Assembly (NCBI GenBank): GCA_012295275.1
Contig: CM022670.1
Coordinates: forward strand, 23,808,001-23,872,000
Direction of reading: 5' to 3'
DNA length: 64,000 nucleotides
DNA from: Chrysomallon squamiferum
Taxonomy: Eukaryota; Animalia; Mollusca
The notes beneath the pieces were generated by a model that had not been told where the DNA came from, ran no database searches, and saw only the letters and a program-made list of their open reading frames with translations. A program made the position numbers and the translations under genes. This document shows, piece by piece, positions 56,355 through 64,000 of the stretch; the stretch's first letter is position 1; every line of letters begins with the position of its first letter.

Positions 56355-59173
56355 CTAATAAGCATTGTCTGGACAATCGCGTGAAATGTGTCCCTCCTCT
56401 CCGCACTTGTAACAGGATCGGCTTCCTCCGCTACCACCACCACCACCACCGCTGCTGCCGCCCCCTACAATACACAATTTGAACAATGTCAACGTTTATG
56501 CTGAAAGACTTTTTTTTTTCAAGAAAACAGCTATATTGAATATGTCATTTAAATATGCATACTGGGCTTTTTGAAAATCAACTTACATACATCAACTATA
56601 AAGTTAAGGTGTGTACACCCATCCAATTCAGGAATCAAACGACATGTCCAATTTTATTAGAAACTTACCTCGGGAACCACCACCATCTGGACAATCTCTA
56701 GATATGTGTCCCTCTTCTCCACATTTGTAGCATGTTCGATTTCCGCCACCTGCTAAGAGCACAATATATATGTATGTATTATATATGTATATAGATATAT
56801 AAATAGATATAACATTTTATAAAATGCTCAACATCCATTACAAATTTTCCAGTCAATGTAAAATTAACAATTTCTTACCTCCTCCTCCTCCTCCTCCACG
56901 TCTACCAAAGCCACCTCCGCTGCCGCCACCTCTGTAAACAGAAATTGAAAGCACAATTAATATGAATTCTGACAATCTGAAATTGATTTCATCTAAAGAA
57001 AATATTTTGTTAATTTTTTTTTTTTTTTTTACACAAGATTAAAAAGAAAAATTCATATTATTCAGAGTGCTATTGTAACTAATATACTAACCTGTAATCA
57101 TCTCCATTACTGTAACCGTATCCTGAAAAGAAAAAAGACAAATGTAAGATTGTATTTATTTGTAGTTTAAATGGTGCAGACTCCGCACTTCAGAATTGTT
57201 TTGGCAAAAGCATGCTGTTCAGGTTACGTATTCCATGGAAGTTTACAATTTGTTTTTAAAAGAAAATTAAAATGTGCCAAATTTATACATCTACTAATGA
57301 AGTATTTTTACACCATTATAATAAAATGTCAGATCATCCAACTTGTTTGCAAATTACTTTAACAAAATTAGTAGACAATCATAAATTTGGCACTTCACTT
57401 TACAATTTTTGGTTAGTTCAAAAAAAAAGCCATCAGCTCTTGCGTTAACAGTGCTGAATGTTCTGGTGAACTGCAAAAACATGAGGTGCAACTTACCTCT
57501 ATATTATTAACATGCATGATCTTGAATCAAAAAAGGATAAAGGAAAAACAGCTTTTGATGCTGGCCAATAGTTTTCTGGAATAACTGGTCCCGCACTTTC
57601 TGCATCAAGCAGAGGCACTGCACTTGCTGGTCAAAAAAATGTAACTATCTATGTTATCTTCCAACTATTACAATGATTTAGTTTTAGAAGAAATACTGTG
57701 CAGACAAGGATTCAGTTTATGACAATTTGGTAAGGATTGTAATATTTAGTAACAAACAGGCTGTCTGCATTTACTTACTGCTCATGTCAGTAGTATCGGA
57801 GGTCTTTAATGGGCTGACATTTTACTCAAAGCTAAACAGTCAGCCGGAGTTAAACCCCACCACCCACAACAAGTTATGATACTATTAAATTTTAACCGTG
57901 CTCACTTTTTTCACAAACCAAAAAAGTGCAGACAGTTTTATTATTAGTAATTAATGTAGTAAATCTTTTAAAAGTTACCTCCTCCACGATCACCTCCATA
58001 TTGCCTGAAAATGGAAAAATATATTTTCAAGTTATATTCAAAAAGGTCATTTATTATATTAACATTTGAAGCTAGCATTAACGATTTGAAATTGATATTA
58101 ACAGGTCAAATTTTTTTTGTACATACCTGTCACCATATCCTTCACCTGAAAAATTAAATAAAATATGTTAATGTACAATTCATTTGAACTAATGACAGCA
58201 TTTTAGATTTTAAACTGGTTCAGCAATATCGAGGTTTTAACTGAATGTAAACTTGAATCACAACTACTTACTGTTAAGTGTAATATTTTCAATCAAATCT
58301 TTTGCTCTTATTTGTGAGTCTTGGTCGCCTGTGATTTCAACTTTGACTTGTTCACCTCGTTGAACATCTCTGCTGTATACCTGAAAAATCAGAAATATGT
58401 ATTTTACAACTGTTCAATGTACAGATTCAAATTCATAAAATTTTATGTCCCAGAAAGTTCCATTTAGACTTATTCCTACAATAAGCCAAGTAAAGTTTAA
58501 CTTCAATACATACTTTTATGTTGGCTCCACTTTCATTCTGTAAATCCCTTATTTTGGAACCACCTTTGCCTGAAAGTAAATTAAAACGATGAAATACATT
58601 TACAAACTTCGTTTAATTTAAAAAAAAAAAAAAAAATTAATTTTTTTTTAAACAAATTAAAAAAAGAAAAAGAAAAACTGAAGAGATTTTCTGTTTTAAT
58701 GAAATACATATACACATATAAAAATAATCGTTTCTCAAATCATGTAACAAAACCTGAAATTTTACCACCATTTTCAATTGATACACTGTGGTTCGTTTCG
58801 GTGAATGATAGGACCCAAAAGTACTATTACTAGTCGAGACAAAAGAAATTTGAAAATTACTTTTTTTCAAACAGTACAGGAATCCTTTATTGAACAGTTT
58901 TAATTAAAGAATTTTATTAATAAAAGTTTATATTCCACATGGAAAGATTTAAATGGAATAAAATAGAGATAAAAGAAAATATGGATCCAAATGTCCAAAA
59001 AATAAAATGGCGGAAATTTTACCTATAATTCTGCCAACATCTTTTTGTTCTATATAGAAAGATGTGGAATTGCCGGAGTCTCCTCCATATTCGCGCGAAC
59101 GCCAATCTGATCTTTCTGTACTAGTACCTCTTCCTCTTCCAGAAAAACCACCGGAGTAACCTCGGCCGTCCAT
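56355..59173 (-). CDS. Helicase-less DDX43 N-terminal paralogue: KH domain + Gly/RGG region + two CCHC zinc knuckles, 211 aa, 9 exons
   Basis: Exons (minus): 59173-59023, 58569-58514, 58380-58272, 58145-58127, 58004-57979, 57122-57092, 56931-56879, 56749-56669, 56464-56355(TAG). Total 636 nt, all GT-AG, open frame. Protein: [16 protein letters not shown]...[68 protein letters not shown]...[27 protein letters not shown]...[29 protein letters not shown] (minus strand) at 56242-56237. Confidence 0.88.
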
Positions 59174-59189
59174 AATTTTATGTGTGCGG

Positions 59190-59400
59190 GTACAGGCACG
59201 TGTGATCGGGACTGAGTAGTAAGTATGCAGAACAGAGAACTTGTTGTTGTGGCTCTTCTTCGTCTTAACACTGGTGGTTTCCTCCTAAGTAAACGGGGCT
59301 GATCCTTTAAATTTCACGTTGTAGTGATTAAGATTGTCATGTGACCTGAAAGCGGCTAAAATCATTGGTTCAGCTGATACACTTCAGAAAATCCGTGCAA
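59190..59400 (-). promoter_or_regulatory. Promoter/5' UTR of the KH/CCHC gene (divergent from MRGBP)
   Basis: CpG-retaining region with an E-box CACGTG at 59197-59202, GTCATGTGAC at 59336-59345, and CCAAT on the minus strand near 59364-59368. Confidence 0.45.
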
Positions 59401-60719
59401 TCAACAGAGGAGTTTCACTTGCCTTTGGTCATGCTCTTTATGTTTAATATTAAATCCACGCAGAGATGCAACTCATTGTTACATAGCTTATTATCTGAGT
59501 GGTAGTTTTTTGTTGTTGTTTTTTAACAGAAATTCAAAGGATAATATGTTTAATATACATTAATAATAATAGTAATAATATAAACAGATAATAGAAAATC
59601 AACACCAAAATATATAAATTTAAAGAAATTTCATAATCTAAAAGCAAAATAATTTTTTCATTGTTAATAACTGCACTGACAAATTCTTACCTGAACACAT
59701 TTTAAAATGTTAAATGTAGGTTGTCAAGCACGTGGATTATTGTATTTTAATTCTATATAGGCTTGTGTAGAACAATACAATTTTATTAGCCACTCGTTTC
59801 CATATTATTATTATTATTATTCAAAATTTTAGTTATTTTCATTTTTATTTATTCTTAAAGTGTTATGTTTAATAGAGTCGATCATCTATGCAATTAATTA
59901 ATTAATTAAATAAAAATATAATAAGTCGGTCGCGTTATTCGTGATATGTTGGGTATGTGAATAGTAATAATTGGCGTTTTTTTTTTTTTTTTTTTTTTTA
60001 AGTAATAGCACTGCTTATACTTTCAGACAAGGCTTGATAATACTCAAGGTTATATCGGTACTTCTTAAAATATATCATTGTCATTCACCTTCGAGTCTAT
60101 TACCGATTATCATTCGTGACTAGAAAAAAATTGTTTTAGTAATTTTCGTCATTTCCATGCAGTTCCATTAACTTTCCTTTATCTCTAAAATATGACTAAC
60201 AAAGTTAAACGACTAATAAAGTTTTAAATAATCCAGATTTTAAAATTAAATTGTCGATTTTCAGTCTGTACCACTGTCATTTTCAATTTTACAAAAATTG
60301 ACGTGAGACCAATTACAGGTAGTTTAAAACGTGCAGCTTATGGCAAGCATGCTGGAAATTGATTACAGTAAATTATTACGCTAACAATGTTTTTTAATAC
60401 AAATAATAATAATAATAATTGTCATCAAAAATCCAATATAAGGCGGTTTAAAATATTTAGGCTATACTCAATATATACCCTACGTAATAAAAGTTTACAC
60501 GGACCTTACCTTTATGAATACGTTTCTCCGATCCTAATGAATAACGAACGAACAAAGAAATAAAAACATTAAGTTTATTATGAATTAATAAGATAGTTAG
60601 CTGTATTTCCACCGGTCAAATATTAATATTTATAATTGACGAAATGGAGTAAATAAATGTATTCTGCTGAATATATATAATATAGTTAGTAGTTACATAT
60701 GAAAAAGTCCATTTGATAT

Positions 60720-60755
60720 CAAATCTGGTGCTGGGGTGACGTTAAACATTCATTG
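60720..60755 (+). mobile_element. Probable SINE 3' tail fragment
   Basis: ggtgctggggtgacgttaaacattcatt resembles the GTGxCGTTAAAC(ATTC)n end of invertebrate tRNA-derived SINEs. Recognised from memory, not searched. Confidence 0.35.
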
Positions 60756-60928
60756 ATAATAATATCAGTCTGATTTATGCGATACAAACGTAGAGTCATA
60801 TTTTATTAACATGGAATGCGATGGATATGCTTAAATGTTAAAGAAATTGATTTACTGATAGCTGAACTTAACAAAAAGCGGTGCTCCAAAAAAAGAGAAA
60901 ATATACTGAGAGAGAAGACGAAATCATC

Positions 60929-62984
60929 ATGGAGGAAACCCGGATAAATTGGAATGTAGATATGGAAGTAAATTTGTTTCATGCGATACGTCATCATAAA
61001 CCAGTTGGTAGGATGTTCTTAAAAATTGCACTAATGGTATAATTAGGTGCATTTAAGAAACTGATGCAAGGTTATATCAAAATAACGAAAATAATATAAA
61101 TAAAATTCACATATTCTTGATTATTGATATAATTAATAAATAAGATATATTATACAGTATTATACTCATACTGTATACTCTATAGAGTAGTATAGTCTAT
61201 GGAGTATCGACTGTAGTGATACTAATAGTAATACTATTAGTATGTAGATGCAGACACTGTCTGAGAATATCATTGTAAAGTCATTGTGCAATTTTAATTT
61301 TTATTTCTAACTATGGATATGATTCTAATATTCTAGAAATACATATTGTGACTGATTTTCAGTTGTACCCTAATGATTGGTCTTATTGAAAATTAGCACA
61401 AGGACGTTATAAAGACCATGTATCATATAAATCTATTAGCATTTACACCAAGATTATAGGCAGATCCTTGATATATGCATTACTGTTAAAACTAAAGGAT
61501 AAATGTTAGTGAAAATAGTATTTTTAAAATGTTGGCTATTTTTATAAAAGCTTGTTCAGTTGTTTGGTGTATTTAAGTCACTGTCAACAATAATGTCTTC
61601 TAAAGTTCATTTATGAGGAAATTACAGTTTTCCTTTTTGATTACATAACAACCACTGAATTAAACAGTAATAGGTACTGTAATTATCACTAAGAATTATC
61701 TTAATTTGTGTTATAATGTAAATAAAATTCTGAATTATTTTTTTACCTTTTTGCAGGTGTAAACAGATTTTTTCAGATGATTTTTATTCATGATAAATTA
61801 AATGCTGCACATAGTGGTTTAAAGACATTTACTTGCAAGCAGATTTGGGACCACTTGAGTGAAATGTATGACTTACAAGCATTAGTAAGTAATTTCATAT
61901 GTACAGTTTCTTAATTATAAAATTTAATTTGAGGATAAGGAATTTCTAACATTTTGAATAAGATAATAGTTTAGTGAAAAAAGAGATAAAGAAGTTAGTG
62001 TTCTCACTTAATCTCAGTAATGAACTGTTGTATTCATCGCAGACATTGCCCAGTACAAAACAGTGATTTTTCATTTCTGTATGCAGTGAGAAAATTTCCA
62101 TTATATATTTTAAAAAAATCCATCAGGAAACCTATATTAAAAGGTAACTATTTAGCAAATTTATGAATATTTTGCATAGAAGCCTAATTTTAACAGAACA
62201 GAACAATTTTTTGTGTGCTTAACCAGCAATAGTCCTAGATAATACTTTAAAAATGTACTGAACTTATATTCCTCTGGGTGAGTGCATTTTTTTAAATTTC
62301 TGTTTTGATACAACTTTTTCTTTTCAGAATGAATCTGAAAACTTCCCATTTCCAAACAAGTTGTCTGAATTCTCTTTACCTGACGAGTATTCTGCTCTGA
62401 TGCAAAAACCATTTCCTCGCCAAGAATGTTCAGGAGGACACCAAGATGATAAATCTGATTGTAAGAATGATCTTTGAAAACTTTTTTGTTGAAAATATAA
62501 TTCTTTGCCTTCTACCAGGCAACTGTTGTAATATTCAATTTGTTTGATGATGAATGGAGAAAAAAAGACCAAAAAACCCTGAATGTTTAACTGTCTTCAG
62601 CCACATTTTTACATTAATGATTATTATTATTTTTTTAAATTTTATTTTCCAGCAAAAAGCACAAAGTCTGAAGCAAAATCTAATGTGTCTTCACACGTAA
62701 CAAAAAATGAGTCCAAAGGTTCTTCCTCACAAAAAACTGACAGTAAATCTTCATCACAAAAGTCTGAGACAAAATCATCAAGTACATCACACTGTAAAGA
62801 ACATAAAAGTGGCTCTGTACAACACAGTAGTAAATCTGACTCTAAAACTGCTTCACTGGGACATTCTTCTACAGCCAACACACCTGACCCATCACCAAAG
62901 AGAAAGAGAACTCGTCAAACTCAGTCAGCCAGTGCCAGTCCAGCCACACCTGATCAGCCTACTTTAAAAAGAGGTCGAAGATGA
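60929..62984 (+). CDS. MRGBP: MRG/MORF4L-binding protein (Eaf7 family, NuA4/TIP60 subunit), 223 aa, 4 exons
   Basis: Exons 60929-61007, 61757-61884, 62328-62460, 62653-62984; 672 nt. [33 protein letters not shown]...[36 protein letters not shown] matches the Eaf7/MRGBP signature. A Ser/Lys-rich tail ends in PKRKRTR...KRGRR. Confidence 0.92.
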
Positions 62985-64000
62985 ATTCCAATGGTTTCAT
63001 TATAGTATGAAAGTGTGTGTGGTATAGATGAAGGAAATTCCTGTTTTAATTTAATAGGTAATTTAAGGCCACTGACGGATTACATTAAAATTTCTGTGAC
63101 AGCAAACAAGTGTAGTTGCAAATTTTGTAATTACCACAATTTATGTAATTATTTTTATTTTTGAAAAGGAAAGTAAAGTATCATTGCCACAGTATATTTT
63201 GTTTAAAAAAAAATAACAATAATAAAAAAAAAAGTGTAAAAAATTATAAACAAATTGATTTTGCTTCATTACTTTATTATTTTTAGTTTCATACAAATGT
63301 GACAAGTCTCTCGAACAAATGAAATTCTTTCAGTAAATTCATAACAAAGTAATATTGGACAGTATTTAAAAAACATTTTTTCTTTTTTTTTCTTGGTAGG
63401 TTTTCATGAACATGCAAAAAGAAAAAAAAAAATCTGATAATTTTAGTTTAAAAATAAAAACAAACAAAAATAAAGATAAATTGTTTTTGTGTTTTTAAAA
63501 TTTTTAAATGAATTTTGTATTTTCTTTCACTTTTTGTTATAAAATCAGAATGACTTTTTTTATTATTAATATTTATACATTACTTTTTTCTGTTATTTCT
63601 AAAAATCTTATTTTTGTCCTTACTTATAAAATTATTTTTGAAAACCACCAAGAAGAAGAAAAAAAAAGGTACACATGTTTACATATATACTATTACTCTT
63701 ATGGCTTTAAGGATATTATTTAACAATTCTATGTTTTTAAAATTTATATATACAACATGTAGAATATCAGAGCATAATGAAGTGAAAAACACGATGGTAT
63801 GCAATTAATGGACAAATGTGTAAAATACTGAAAGAATTTCATTGATAATACAATGATCTGTCTGCTAAGTGCAGTATTGTAACAAGTATGTATGGGTTTG
63901 ACACCACTCTTATTTACAATATAACTACAAACTCTGTGCATTTTATTTATAAAATAATTCTCCCCCTACAGTCAAATAATGACCAAAATAAGAGCTAGAA

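Noticed and set aside
56355-56749. CCHC knuckles as a retrotransposon gag remnant
   Set aside because: The knuckles are on spliced exons in frame with a KH domain and are mirrored in the helicase. There is no gag/pol or LTR nearby.
62642-62967. Overlapping alternative-frame and antisense ORFs
   Set aside because: They are shadows of the Ser/Lys-rich last exon of MRGBP.

Overview
AT-rich, intron-rich animal genomic DNA. The style of the repeats and genes suggests a mollusc or other lophotrochozoan, which is an inference. I traced five spliced protein-coding genes exon by exon with consistent reading phases. (1) A choline transporter-like gene (SLC44A1/CTL1-like, +, 3149-23854), whose first exon lies upstream of the window and which has one GC-AG intron. 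(2) An ESCO1/2-type cohesin acetyltransferase (+, 31837-37015) with a pair of inverted E2F-type sites in its promoter. (3) A 26-exon DDX43-like DEAD-box helicase (-, 53867-39335) with KH, Gly/RGG micro-exons, a CCHC knuckle and an RGG tail; it has a single +1 frameshift just before the DEAD motif. (4) Directly upstream on the same strand, a 9-exon helicase-less paralogue (-, 59173-56355, 211 aa: KH, RGG, two CCHC knuckles). It repeats the helicase's first eight exons with the same intron phases and has its own stop and poly(A) signal. (5) MRGBP/Eaf7 (+, 60929-62984), divergent from gene 4. Introns hold decayed Tc1/mariner, pogo/Tigger and hAT elements and microsatellites. The most interesting system is the tandem pair of the DDX43-like helicase and the motor-less KH/RGG/CCHC gene, together with candidate poison exons, frame-compatible read-through splicing and a perfect 56-bp palindrome in the helicase 3' UTR.
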